NCBI GenBank assembly: GCA_965205675.1
Contig: OZ242186.1
Location: 1,792,001-1,856,000, forward strand
Direction of reading: 5' to 3'
Source: Nitrosopumilus sp.
Lineage (GTDB): Archaea > Thermoproteota > Nitrososphaeria > Nitrososphaerales > Nitrosopumilaceae
DNA: 64,000 nucleotides
A program made the translations under genes and the position numbers. Shown piece after piece: positions 51,597-62,156 of this stretch (position 1 is its first letter; each line of letters opens with the position of its first letter). The notes under the pieces are model-generated. The model was not told the origin of the DNA. It saw only the letters and a list, made by a program, of their open reading frames with translations, and made no database searches.

Positions 51597-54500
51597 TTAT
51601 TTAGGTGGTTTTTGTCTAATGATAAAAATGAAAATCAATCCGATCGTAAATCCAATGGCTACACCAACTGCAATTCCAGCATTAAATGGTAGATCAGAAT
51701 CAGAGTTTATTTGATCTTGGGTGATGTTTGTTTTGTTTATAATTTCAGAAATTTCTTCAGATTCTATTTTAATTGGTTTAATCTCAATATCAACAGATTC
51801 AGGCGTATCAATTACTTTAGAAGAGGTGTTTGTGAATTTGGCTGCTAATGTAATTGGTTCAGTAGTTGAGGAGCCGCCAAATAAAGTTGAATGAGTCAAA
51901 AGGGTGTATGTACCTGTTTGATTAATTGGTACATAAAGAACCGTTGAAGTATCATCTTTATTTTTTACAGGGAAAAAACCTCCACCCTGACTAAAAAGTG
52001 AACTTCCTAACCAATCAAGGGATATCCATCCCAGAAAATGTCCAAATACGCCAGAAGGGACATTAGTTTGTATTATTTCTCCAGAGGGGTTCATGACAAA
52101 TACAGCAAGATTGGTATTATTATTAATCCAAGACAATTCTATTGCTGCAGAATTAATGGATTCATTTTGAATATCAAAATAATATTGCCTCCAATCACCG
52201 GCCATATAGCGATTAGCCATATCAAATGCTCCTTTAGTGTAACTGTTTCCATAAAGAACATCATCACTTTGTATTCCTTGAATTATAATTGTAGAATCAT
52301 TTGCTATTACGGGTTCTTTGATTACAAAAGAGATAGGTGCATTTACAATATGTTTATCACTTTCAAAAGTTAAAAATCCTTGATAAACTCCGGTTTGAAT
52401 GTCATTTGGGGTAACTAAAGTAACATCAACAGTAGATGATGAGTTGGGAGGAATAGAAATTATTTCATCTTCAGACCATAGTAAAGACCATTTTTCTTTC
52501 TCATAGTAGCTAGCAGAAATGGTATAATCCATAGAAGTTGAATTTTGTTTTGTATCCCCTAACCAATAGGAATATCTAGTTGGGACAGGATAAACGCCAG
52601 CTAATGGGATGCCTTCAAATTTTTCATTAGGTTCTGAAACTCTTAATTCTTGTACAGTGCCCCATGATCCAGCTCTGTTAACCATAGATAATTCATTACT
52701 AGTAATTTTTGTATCGTTATTATTATCAACCCAATCATAAAGATAAAGTGAAGAAATTTTTAGATCATCGGCATAAACATCTGCTGTATTATTCATAAAA
52801 TCTGTAAATGGGAAATTTATATTTAATACCATTAATGAGGACTCGTCAGGAATCGGATCGTCGTCGTTAAAAAAAGACAAGAGTCCAGTTTGGTTATTAA
52901 GTTCTGATAATTTTACATAGTTGGGAATGAATGTGTTAGTATCATTTAGTAGAGAGTCTTGTTGTTGTGGAATTGTTGTTCCATTAAATTGTGTCTTTGA
53001 CATTAAAGATAAAATTTGAGGTTTTACATTAACTGTTATAGTGGCATTGGTGGGATTCTCAATTGTAAATGTTGTAGTTGGGCGATCTCCTGGAAGTATT
53101 TGTCCTGCAAACCAGCCGGTCATAGGTAATGAACGCGAAGGGAAATTAAATTGTTCAAATCCAATTGATGTGAAATTAATGTTTTTGATTGCAGGTTCAA
53201 GAACATTTTTGATGTTGCCATATGAGCCATCATTATAAACTATGAAAACACCATTTTCACCATTGACATAGTCTAGAGCTGTTTCAACATTTACTAAACC
53301 AGCACCTTGAGTTAATGGATCATTATGTAAATCAGTTGCAGTAGACATGAGAATATTTTTGATTGCAAAAGAGTCATAGTCTTTGGATTGTTTTTTCATC
53401 TCTTCAATTAGAATTGCCGCACTTCCAGATACTAGAGGAGCAGACATGCTAGTGCCACCAAATAAGGAGAAAGATTCTTCTTTAGAATCTTTGTTGGCTT
53501 TTAGCATAGTTGATGGCACAAATCCATGTGCACCAATGCTCATGATATCAGGTTTAGGATCGCCAATTGAACCAGGACCTCTGCTAGAAAAATCAACTAC
53601 ATGATTGGAATGAACAGTTGTGTTTCCAAATCTAGGTTGATCTTTGAATGGTCCATATCCGACAAAAACATTATTAGTTGTTGCACCTACTGCAATTCCA
53701 AATGGTGATGCATTGGGCAATCCTATTGTTCCGTATCCATGACCTGAATTTCCTGCACTTGAAATTATTGTCACACCAGAATAATCATCATCAAGAGTGC
53801 CAGGAGTTGTTAATGCACCTAAAATTATTGATAGGATATCCATACCAGGAGATGCTTTAAACGATGGGAAATTTGAAATGCCCCAACTATTAGAAATAAT
53901 ATCCACTCTGGGTTGACCTGAAAATTTCCAAGTGTTGTCTTTGTTTTCAAATCCTGCAGCCCACAACCAACCAAATACAGTATCTCCAAACCACAATGCC
54001 TTAACTGGTACAATCTTTGCATCTGGTGCTATACCAGTTATGGAATATGTTTTTGAATTATTGTAAATATTATAAGTTTCTTGGCCGCGTGAAGTTATGG
54101 ATGCAGCACTAGATGTACCATGACCCATAAAATCAGTCATTATGCCAAAAAATTCTCCGTCTGGATCAAATGCTGGCAAGAGAGTTCCATTTAGCGCATT
54201 AAGATTTTCATCAATGTTAGTTGTGTTGTTTTTGATTGCACCATAGACATCAAGAACTTGTGCTCCAATGGTTCCAGCGCTGTAATCATTTTTACCATCA
54301 TTGTTTGAATCATAAACAAGGAATTCTTTACCACTTCCCAGTACTATTGGTTTCTCATCAGTAAAATCAAAATCATAATTTGGTTTTTTTCCTTTTTCTA
54401 AATCAAATCTGGTATAATCTTCCCAAGAAGTACTAAGATCAGGAATTATAGTATCATATACGCCGGGAGTAAAAGAATCTACAACTAGTACAGGTACAAC

Positions 54501-55391
54501 TTGTATTTTAGTAGAGGAGCCATTTGATATGCCTTGATATATAATGCCTACATGGTAAACCCCACTCTTGGATTTGATATAGTTTTTATTATCATCGCCT
54601 ATTTTCATGTCATTTAGCAAAGTCCCATTAAAAATGATTGATGAACCTAATTGCGGGAAAAATGAATTATAAATCTGAATATTGCTACCTTTGCTGCCTT
54701 GAGACACATCAAGAAATACACCATCATGCGTAACATATGCTGAAGATATCATATCTGATGGAACAGGTTTGCTGTAATTACGAATAATTTCATTGTCATC
54801 TATATATGCAAAAAAAGTTGCATTTGTAAGAATTATTCCTTGTCCATCAGGATCAAACATTATAGGATGATTGTTAGTTTCATCTCGTGCAAGTGAATGT
54901 TGTATGTCAGGATTTGAAAAATCGACTCCGGTATCAACAATTGCAATAACAGTTCCATTTCCTGATGAATTGTATTTTGTTTTAGCTAAATCAGAACCAG
55001 TGATACTACCAATTCTTGAAGCATCTTGGATTTCATCAGAGGCATGAAAATCTAGTTTAAAATCCTCAACAACATAATATCCTTGTGTAATTAAACTAGA
55101 GGCAAGAGTTTCAGACAAAACAGATACATAAAAAAATCCGTTGTTGGATTGAATTGCATGTATTGAGTTATTTTTTAGAGAATTATTATCATGTAAACTA
55201 TTACCAAAAATTAAATATCTTTTGAAATTATTTTCAGTGAAAAAATTAGAATCAATTTCTATGATATCTGAATCAAAAACCGGGGTATTTTGATCATGGT
55301 TTTTCAAATCAACAGGTATGAAAGCATGTGAATTAGTTATCATGGGAGAAACAAGTAATAACATGAAAAAGAAAATAGCCACTTTGGGCAT
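51597..55391 (-). CDS. large membrane-anchored S8 (subtilisin) peptidase
   Basis: VDTGVD, GHGT, AGNSG, GTSMSAP; signal peptide from MPKVAIFF at 55391; C-terminal TM. Confidence 0.92.
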   Translation of the reverse strand: MPKVAIFFFMLLLVSPMITNSHAFIPVDLKNHDQNTPVFDSDIIEIDSNFFTENNFKRYLIFGNSLHDNNSLKNNSIHAIQSNNGFFYVSVLSETLASSLITQGYYVVEDFKLDFHASDEIQDASRIGSITGSDLAKTKYNSSGNGTVIAIVDTGVDFSNPDIQHSLARDETNNHPIMFDPDGQGIILTNATFFAYIDDNEIIRNYSKPVPSDMISSAYVTHDGVFLDVSQGSKGSNIQIYNSFFPQLGSSIIFNGTLLNDMKIGDDNKNYIKSKSGVYHVGIIYQGISNGSSTKIQVVPVLVVDSFTPGVYDTIIPDLSTSWEDYTRFDLEKGKKPNYDFDFTDEKPIVLGSGKEFLVYDSNNDGKNDYSAGTIGAQVLDVYGAIKNNTTNIDENLNALNGTLLPAFDPDGEFFGIMTDFMGHGTSSAASITSRGQETYNIYNNSKTYSITGIAPDAKIVPVKALWFGDTVFGWLWAAGFENKDNTWKFSGQPRVDIISNSWGISNFPSFKASPGMDILSIILGALTTPGTLDDDYSGVTIISSAGNSGHGYGTIGLPNASPFGIAVGATTNNVFVGYGPFKDQPRFGNTTVHSNHVVDFSSRGPGSIGDPKPDIMSIGAHGFVPSTMLKANKDSKEESFSLFGGTSMSAPLVSGSAAILIEEMKKQSKDYDSFAIKNILMSTATDLHNDPLTQGAGLVNVETALDYVNGENGVFIVYNDGSYGNIKNVLEPAIKNINFTSIGFEQFNFPSRSLPMTGWFAGQILPGDRPTTTFTIENPTNATITVNVKPQILSLMSKTQFNGTTIPQQQDSLLNDTNTFIPNYVKLSELNNQTGLLSFFNDDDPIPDESSLMVLNINFPFTDFMNNTADVYADDLKISSLYLYDWVDNNNDTKITSNELSMVNRAGSWGTVQELRVSEPNEKFEGIPLAGVYPVPTRYSYWLGDTKQNSTSMDYTISASYYEKEKWSLLWSEDEIISIPPNSSSTVDVTLVTPNDIQTGVYQGFLTFESDKHIVNAPISFVIKEPVIANDSTIIIQGIQSDDVLYGNSYTKGAFDMANRYMAGDWRQYYFDIQNESINSAAIELSWINNNTNLAVFVMNPSGEIIQTNVPSGVFGHFLGWISLDWLGSSLFSQGGGFFPVKNKDDTSTVLYVPINQTGTYTLLTHSTLFGGSSTTEPITLAAKFTNTSSKVIDTPESVDIEIKPIKIESEEISEIINKTNITQDQINSDSDLPFNAGIAVGVAIGFTIGLIFIFIIRQKPPK

Positions 55392-55422
55392 TGATTGGTA
55401 TTCTATTCTTGTGTTATTATAA

Positions 55423-56412
55423 TTATCTTCTTCTGGCAAGGATTGCAACCTGTAAGGCAACAATAAGTCCAATAGCACCAATGATTGGCAATAATAAAGC
55501 ATTTAGCTGTGCAGAAGATTCACTAATGGATTGTGCAGAAAGTGCAAAGGTGCCAATATTTTCATCTATTTGGCTACTTGCATATTCCAAAGTAGTATCA
55601 AATCCTTTAATCTCAGATTTTAGAATATCAAGCTCTTTTGATGTTTCATCTAAAATTGTATTTAATTTAATTATTTGATCAGAGATTCCACCAAGATCTT
55701 GGCTTAGTACATTGGTAGCAGCAGACCCATGAGAAGTAGTTCCTTGACTAAAAGCGACCACATGAAATACGTGTGTTCCCTCCTCTATAGGGGTATAATC
55801 TACAAAATATAGTCCTTGATGTAATGTTTGAAATGAATTTGCCAAGGTTACAGATACTCCAGATGGAAGATGCACGTGTGTAGCATCCAATAACTCAGAA
55901 GGCTTATTTCCAACTAAAAGACCGTCACTAGTAGTCTGAACGAATACTCGTATAGGTTGTCCAATAGCTGCAGTTTCAGGAGCAAAGACCAAAGTGTTTA
56001 CAAATCTTTCTACAGTTACATCAAGTAGATCAGTTGTAGATGAGAATTTTACATCTATTTTTTCAGATATGCCATTTTGTTCTGTGCTGATTACCTCAAC
56101 GGTATATGTTCCGTAAGGAAAATTTGTCGACGGTTCTGGCCAAGTAAGTAAATCATAATTAAAAGAGCCATCATTCTCATTAGTAGTTATTTGATCAAAT
56201 TTTGCAATGGATTCATCTGGAGCAAATAATCGTATAATCAAATTTTCTTCAGGTAACCCATGACCATAAACTTGTAAATTGTGCGAAGTGGAATAGACTT
56301 TGCTGTTTGTAAATAATTCAAGTTTGATAGATGTTTCTGACTGACTAAATGAGCTTGGTATGTTGACTAGTAATAAAATTATAAAAATTGAAAATAAAAT
56401 TTGAAATTTCAT
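55423..56412 (-). CDS. exported Ig-like/coiled-coil membrane-anchored protein (possible S-layer anchor)
   Basis: Signal peptide, beta domains, heptad region, C-terminal TM + RRR; downstream of the S-layer gene. Confidence 0.75.
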   Translation of the reverse strand: MKFQILFSIFIILLLVNIPSSFSQSETSIKLELFTNSKVYSTSHNLQVYGHGLPEENLIIRLFAPDESIAKFDQITTNENDGSFNYDLLTWPEPSTNFPYGTYTVEVISTEQNGISEKIDVKFSSTTDLLDVTVERFVNTLVFAPETAAIGQPIRVFVQTTSDGLLVGNKPSELLDATHVHLPSGVSVTLANSFQTLHQGLYFVDYTPIEEGTHVFHVVAFSQGTTSHGSAATNVLSQDLGGISDQIIKLNTILDETSKELDILKSEIKGFDTTLEYASSQIDENIGTFALSAQSISESSAQLNALLLPIIGAIGLIVALQVAILARRR

Positions 56413-56518
56413 TTTAATTAATTGGTAATCTTCTCCTAGATATTAATTACTTCTGGAAAAATTGTCTATAACTTACGTTAAGAAGGATTCAAAAAAAAGA
56501 AAAAAGGGTTAGTTTGAA

Positions 56519-59500
56519 CTAGTTAACACTTACAGTTGTACTGATTGGTGGTGATAGAGCTGTTGGGTTATCTACTGATTCCCATACGAATGCGGTAACA
56601 GTGTATGTACCACTTTCAGTTGGATTCCAGGATACCGCTGAGCTAAATGACTGATCAGAAGATAGTGTACCGGTGAGCCAGTCTAGTTTGACTGTGACAC
56701 CATTGCCATCTTGAATCTGTACCAAGTATGCGAATGTTTGCTCTCTATCCTGACCATTTCTTAAATCAGCGCTGACTTGTACCTGTTGGTCAACGGAAAC
56801 AATATCTAAACTGTTGCCGAATGCATCAACGGCTCTCAAGTTAGTAGCTGGTACTCTCTCGAGAGGTGGTACTGTAGTGCCGATTATCGAAGTGGCAGTA
56901 ACATTAAGTTCATCTGCAGTTGTGTACGGATTTGGTAGTGTATTGTCCTCATATTCTGCGGTGACAGTGTCACCTTCTGCGACTCTGAGTCTATGACCGG
57001 ATGACTCTTCGGTGGTTGTGAAGAACACAACACCTTCGAAGATTCCAGTTGCCTCATTAGTCTCATTTACAGTAAGGTCAATACCTCCAACATCAGAATC
57101 AGACCACACATCGACACTAAAGTTGTCGACGGCTTCTGGATTCAAATTCATGTCTGGATCAATTATTCTTACAACGCCTGAGCCGCTAGCTGGATAGCTA
57201 GCTTCTAACCATTGAGTTTCACCAATATTCCATCTAATTAATGCTGAACCGACTACAGTTTCATTATCTGAGAATTCAAAAGATACTGCAAGTCCGTCAT
57301 CATCATCAGCAGGTAAGAATCCATTTGTTGGACCATCACCTCGTGGCTCTTCATCAATTACATCATTACCATTGTTATCACCAGTAGAACTGTCACCATC
57401 AGCATCATGTCTGAAACCAGTAAGGATAACCTCACCAGTGAAGATGCCTGTGTCAGTTCCAGTTTCGACTAACTTGTATTCGTCAAGTTCGGCACCTCTA
57501 GTGGAGACCTTTAATGGATCTTCATTAGTGTCGCCAATCTCATCGACCAAGTCACTGTCAAAGTTGTGATCTGGAGCTACAACAGTAATGTATACTTTGT
57601 CAGTCCAAGTGTATACTTTTTGATCAAGTTCTATAGTTGCACCAAAGTTAGAAGTAAAGACTGTCAAGTTGACATCTTCATCCTCATGACCTACATAATC
57701 TGCTCCTGATGGACCCCAATCAGTATATTCCAATTCGATTTCTTCGCCTCTTTCAAGACGATCACCGCCTAATTCTTCAGGGATTTCGATAACAATCTGG
57801 AAGATACCAGTACTGTCACCTGTCTCTCTAAAGTTACTTGGTTCAGGGTCAAATGCTGCTGCATTAGCCTCTCCACTCTGGTCTCCCATAGTGGTAGTGG
57901 CAGCGTCGCTATCCCATTCAATCAAGTCTAGGTCAAATGTTTCTGCTTGATCATTATCCAAATCAAAGTCTGGTTCAATGAGTGTCAGAATCATATCTGA
58001 GCCTATAATATAGACGGATTTGTCAGTTTGTAATACACCGTTTCTAAGGTCAAATGTTGCAGAGTCAGTAATGGTGTTTTCGTCACCGGATGCATCAGTT
58101 GGATCATTATATTCTACAGTAAGAATATCTCCTTGCAAAATACAATTTTGTGATGTTCCATTCATAATATGTGATACAGCATCATCATTACTGGCTGGAC
58201 ATTGTGTACTTGCAGGACCATCTGTAAATTCTATTGGTAGATCAAGTTCGAATATTCCTGAATCAGGTGCAGTCTCAAGGATTGGACCATACTCACGAGT
58301 ATTGTCTTGAACATTATCACCAATAGTTATGAAATCATTAGCACCTAAAGAAGCCTCTTCTGCACCTGCTGTTCCCAGCATTACAGTAGATGAACCTCTA
58401 GTGACCATGATTCTTACAGGACCATTAGTAGCATCTTCGGCAATTTGATCAGCACCACTTCCAGAGACATCATAGTCAGGATCATTAACTCTTACATGAA
58501 CAGTTAATATACCAGATTCCAAATGATGTCCTTCTTCAGTTACATCGTCATCACCAATTGCAGTTGCATGAACTGGGAATTGGGAAGGATTAGATTCACC
58601 ATTTGCACCATCATCTGGTTGTCCAAATGGAACAGGATAAACAGTTCTATCAAGTGAAACAGAACCAGTTGTGGCTCTAATTCCTGCACTGTCACCTACT
58701 TCAATTGTTTCACCAGAGGCATCTCTAAAGTCTTGATAATTAACCTCAAGATCCAAACCGGTTACAGAAACTGGTTCTTCACCAACGCCTGGACAGTATT
58801 GTTCTGGTATTTGGAAATCAGTAGTAAAGATACCGGTATCAGAACCAGTTTCTTTTAGACTACTAATCACACTACCTAAACCGCCAATGTCTGAATTTTC
58901 AGGACAATTAGATGCTGTCCATTTAGTATCATCAAATGTTACATCTAATAGAAGTGATCTGGCTTGGTCTGAAAGTGCAATAGTATCAGTTGTAGAAGTT
59001 CCATCAGTTACTACTGTATAGATATCTATAACATCACTATCGGTATTAAGATCTCTATCTTCAAGTGTGATTACAACAGTATCTGCTACTTTGTAATTAT
59101 CACCATCAAAGGAGACTATACCAGAATATGTTAGAGCATCAATTTTGTCAGAGACTTGGGTTGAAACACCTTGGCCATCTGTATCAAAGTAAATTACTTC
59201 AACTCCATCTTCATCAGTCAAATCTTCATGAACAATTATGTCCAACTCGTCACCAATGGTTTCAAGTCCACCATATGTATCTTGATCGAAGATATTGATT
59301 TGATTAAGCATTACATATTCTATTGTACCTGCATAAACACCTGTATTGACATCAGTTTCTTCTGCTTCAAATCTATAGATAGCATCGTTGTGTCTGGTTC
59401 CATCTGCTTCTTCTCCAAAAGTAAATACATCTAATGCGATATTATATGTAGTACCATTTTGGTTACCCTCAGGTAATGAAGTGGCCAATTCTATTCGTAA

Positions 59501-61681
59501 ATCTCCGGCAAATTCATTGGCAAATGTTGATGAGTTTAGATAAAAGAGGCCTTGAGGCATAACGGGGAGTGTTTCGTCACCGCCGTTAATACCATACAAA
59601 CGAATAGTTGTATCACCCAATGATCTAACATCATAGTTAACATATTGGTGAACACCTGGTTCATCCTCAAATTCGTTTAGGAAACTTGAATCAACTCCAG
59701 TGCTAATCGTGATAATTGGATTATCCGGTAATTCTGTGTCTCCTGTATTAATATTGAAGATTTTTCCAAATACTCTTTGACTCTCCTCAATGTTATCTAG
59801 AGAAGGATCAGCTATCCGCATGATTAGCGTCGTGATTTCGTTCTCTAAAGTGGTTTTTTCTGTTTCTAGATTATCTAGAGCAGCTCTCAAGTCCGCAATA
59901 CCAGCTCGTTGGGTAGAATTAAACAATCTATCAATATCTGTATCAACCTCAGCTAGCATTGCTTCTGAACTGTCAACAGCAGCTTGAGCGTTGGCAAGCG
60001 CAGTTGAGGAAGGTGAGTCGAGGTCGCCAAGAATGTCAAGTGCATTCTGATCCTCATCTAATTGATCTTGGTATGTGATTCTGTTGGCATTAAGTGAATC
60101 ATACTCAGTTCGATCAGTCTCATCAAGTTCATCAAAGATATCCTGTAAAGATGTGTTGTTACCAGCAATGAAACCAGTATTAACAGATAAATTCGCTCTT
60201 GCAGTATCTAGGCTCTCCCTTAGCATTTCATTAGTATCATCTTGAATTGTAACATCAGTTATTGCTTCAAGAGTAAATGGATTACCAATCAATACACTTG
60301 GGATTTGATCATATGTATCATCTGAAAGATTAAAGTCATCTTCTCTTAATGTGTTCTTGTTTTCATCTTGATCTCTAATAATAACTGTTAAAGGTTCGCC
60401 AGAACCCCAGTCAGATTCAATACTAGTAAGATCCAATTCAACATCACCTAAGAAGAATGAGACAAGTCTATTTACAGTCGTATCATTGTAATCTACAATA
60501 AAGTCGACATCACGAATGTCTTCGTTATCTGTTGTTCGGATAATTGAATCATGATTGTTATCTGTACTGGAAAACACACCACTATTTGGATTTGTTTCCT
60601 GGACAGTAACAAGTTGGGCATCGACATTTAGTGTACCATTGAATACAGCATCATTATATAATGGTGTAGCATTTTGATCATCGTTATCACCAAATAGTAA
60701 TACTAGATCAGAATTTGGACTAGGATTGATAATTAGAAAACCATTGTCGCCATAATCTGCTTCATTTAATGCGTCTTCATAGTTAATTAAATTATCTATA
60801 TTGTCACCTAGTGTAGACGTTCCACTTTCACTAAAGATTCTATAGTATGCATCATTTGATCCATTTGTGGCAAATGTCCAAATATCCTCATCAGTAGGAT
60901 CAATGTTTAATTGATTGTCACTGATGGTTAAATGAACATCTGCATTATGTGGATAGGTATCTCTATCAAAAGAGAAATCTGCAAAGTCATCCATAGAATC
61001 TTCATAGCTTATGTTAATCTGTTGTGAGTTACCGCCTGTATTGTAAATTACTTCGACGTTTGAATCATCGGCAAAGTCATCAAATGTTTGAATGAAAGGC
61101 CAGAATGCTGTATTATTTAGTCCAGCGTTACCAAGAGTAACAAAGGTACTAAATACATCAGTTGGTTCTTTTGCATTTCCAAGTACATTGATTACACCGG
61201 GATTAATTGTCCCTGCAGTTGTATTACACGTATTTGCATTTACATAAACAGTAGCGCTAGCGTCAAAGTCTGCGTCAATAATGTTATTAGCTTGTTCACT
61301 AGGACATATAGTACCAAAGTCTAAGCCAACACCAACATCAGCAGTACCAACATCATCAACAATTGCTACATTGCCTTGATGGGCAACATAAGCATACCAA
61401 TATCCATCAGTGGCTTGAATTAATCTTAATTCATTACCATTAATAGTTACGTCAGGTTCAGCCTCATTCTCATCAGTTTGTGAGTAATTAGGATCTCTAA
61501 CTATAACTTCAACGATCATTGGTCCACCAAATGTGGTGGTTGACACATACAGATTTGCAGTAGATTTTGAATCAGCACTAACATCAGGAATGACACCTGG
61601 AATTGCAAAGGTTAAACCCCCTGCGACCATGATGGTCATAAGTGTTAGACTAGTTATTTTTCGTAGTTTTTCGTTATACAT
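56519..61681 (-). CDS. main S-layer protein (thaumarchaeal type)
   Basis: 1720 aa, very acidic, repeated ETGxxTGxF Ig-like modules, C-terminal FVWESVDNPTALSP. Confidence 0.88.
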   Translation of the reverse strand: MYNEKLRKITSLTLMTIMVAGGLTFAIPGVIPDVSADSKSTANLYVSTTTFGGPMIVEVIVRDPNYSQTDENEAEPDVTINGNELRLIQATDGYWYAYVAHQGNVAIVDDVGTADVGVGLDFGTICPSEQANNIIDADFDASATVYVNANTCNTTAGTINPGVINVLGNAKEPTDVFSTFVTLGNAGLNNTAFWPFIQTFDDFADDSNVEVIYNTGGNSQQINISYEDSMDDFADFSFDRDTYPHNADVHLTISDNQLNIDPTDEDIWTFATNGSNDAYYRIFSESGTSTLGDNIDNLINYEDALNEADYGDNGFLIINPSPNSDLVLLFGDNDDQNATPLYNDAVFNGTLNVDAQLVTVQETNPNSGVFSSTDNNHDSIIRTTDNEDIRDVDFIVDYNDTTVNRLVSFFLGDVELDLTSIESDWGSGEPLTVIIRDQDENKNTLREDDFNLSDDTYDQIPSVLIGNPFTLEAITDVTIQDDTNEMLRESLDTARANLSVNTGFIAGNNTSLQDIFDELDETDRTEYDSLNANRITYQDQLDEDQNALDILGDLDSPSSTALANAQAAVDSSEAMLAEVDTDIDRLFNSTQRAGIADLRAALDNLETEKTTLENEITTLIMRIADPSLDNIEESQRVFGKIFNINTGDTELPDNPIITISTGVDSSFLNEFEDEPGVHQYVNYDVRSLGDTTIRLYGINGGDETLPVMPQGLFYLNSSTFANEFAGDLRIELATSLPEGNQNGTTYNIALDVFTFGEEADGTRHNDAIYRFEAEETDVNTGVYAGTIEYVMLNQINIFDQDTYGGLETIGDELDIIVHEDLTDEDGVEVIYFDTDGQGVSTQVSDKIDALTYSGIVSFDGDNYKVADTVVITLEDRDLNTDSDVIDIYTVVTDGTSTTDTIALSDQARSLLLDVTFDDTKWTASNCPENSDIGGLGSVISSLKETGSDTGIFTTDFQIPEQYCPGVGEEPVSVTGLDLEVNYQDFRDASGETIEVGDSAGIRATTGSVSLDRTVYPVPFGQPDDGANGESNPSQFPVHATAIGDDDVTEEGHHLESGILTVHVRVNDPDYDVSGSGADQIAEDATNGPVRIMVTRGSSTVMLGTAGAEEASLGANDFITIGDNVQDNTREYGPILETAPDSGIFELDLPIEFTDGPASTQCPASNDDAVSHIMNGTSQNCILQGDILTVEYNDPTDASGDENTITDSATFDLRNGVLQTDKSVYIIGSDMILTLIEPDFDLDNDQAETFDLDLIEWDSDAATTTMGDQSGEANAAAFDPEPSNFRETGDSTGIFQIVIEIPEELGGDRLERGEEIELEYTDWGPSGADYVGHEDEDVNLTVFTSNFGATIELDQKVYTWTDKVYITVVAPDHNFDSDLVDEIGDTNEDPLKVSTRGAELDEYKLVETGTDTGIFTGEVILTGFRHDADGDSSTGDNNGNDVIDEEPRGDGPTNGFLPADDDDGLAVSFEFSDNETVVGSALIRWNIGETQWLEASYPASGSGVVRIIDPDMNLNPEAVDNFSVDVWSDSDVGGIDLTVNETNEATGIFEGVVFFTTTEESSGHRLRVAEGDTVTAEYEDNTLPNPYTTADELNVTATSIIGTTVPPLERVPATNLRAVDAFGNSLDIVSVDQQVQVSADLRNGQDREQTFAYLVQIQDGNGVTVKLDWLTGTLSSDQSFSSAVSWNPTESGTYTVTAFVWESVDNPTALSPPISTTVSVN

Positions 61682-62156
61682 GTTATTAACACCTTTTTTC
61701 CAAAAGCGTATTTAAATTAAATGGACGATTGATCCACAGGGCTGGGAGACGGCAGATCAACAGTAGGATACATGGACATCACCAAAAATAAGATATATTC
61801 CACCATTGGTACAATCACATCAAAGTTTCACGATATATTAGATTTGAATAGTATGTGGAAAACACCACCTACACACAGATAATAATAAGAAAATACGCAC
61901 ACATCATACTAAAAAGATAACAAGTGAAACACTCTGAATACTGAAATATTACAAGTACTCATAAAGTGGTGAAATAATTTATGAAAAGAACAAACAAATC
62001 ATCCACAATTACTCTATTTTTTATAATTATGATACTAAATTCTTAAATTTAATATAATTTTTATAAAAATTAATCATGATAATCATATTTTATCTCATAA
62101 GATCTGATCGTCATATTTTTTTAGATTTTATACATAATTTATGAAGTTTTTTTAGT

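Noticed and set aside
55392-55502. N-terminal extension of the S8 peptidase in the ORF track
   Set aside because: Overlaps the upstream gene; the signal peptide begins at ATG 55391.
56814-61715. Several short + strand ORFs inside the S-layer gene (similar ones inside cox, pet, npdG, moeB and transposases)
   Set aside because: Antisense shadows of well-supported genes, with no motifs of their own.
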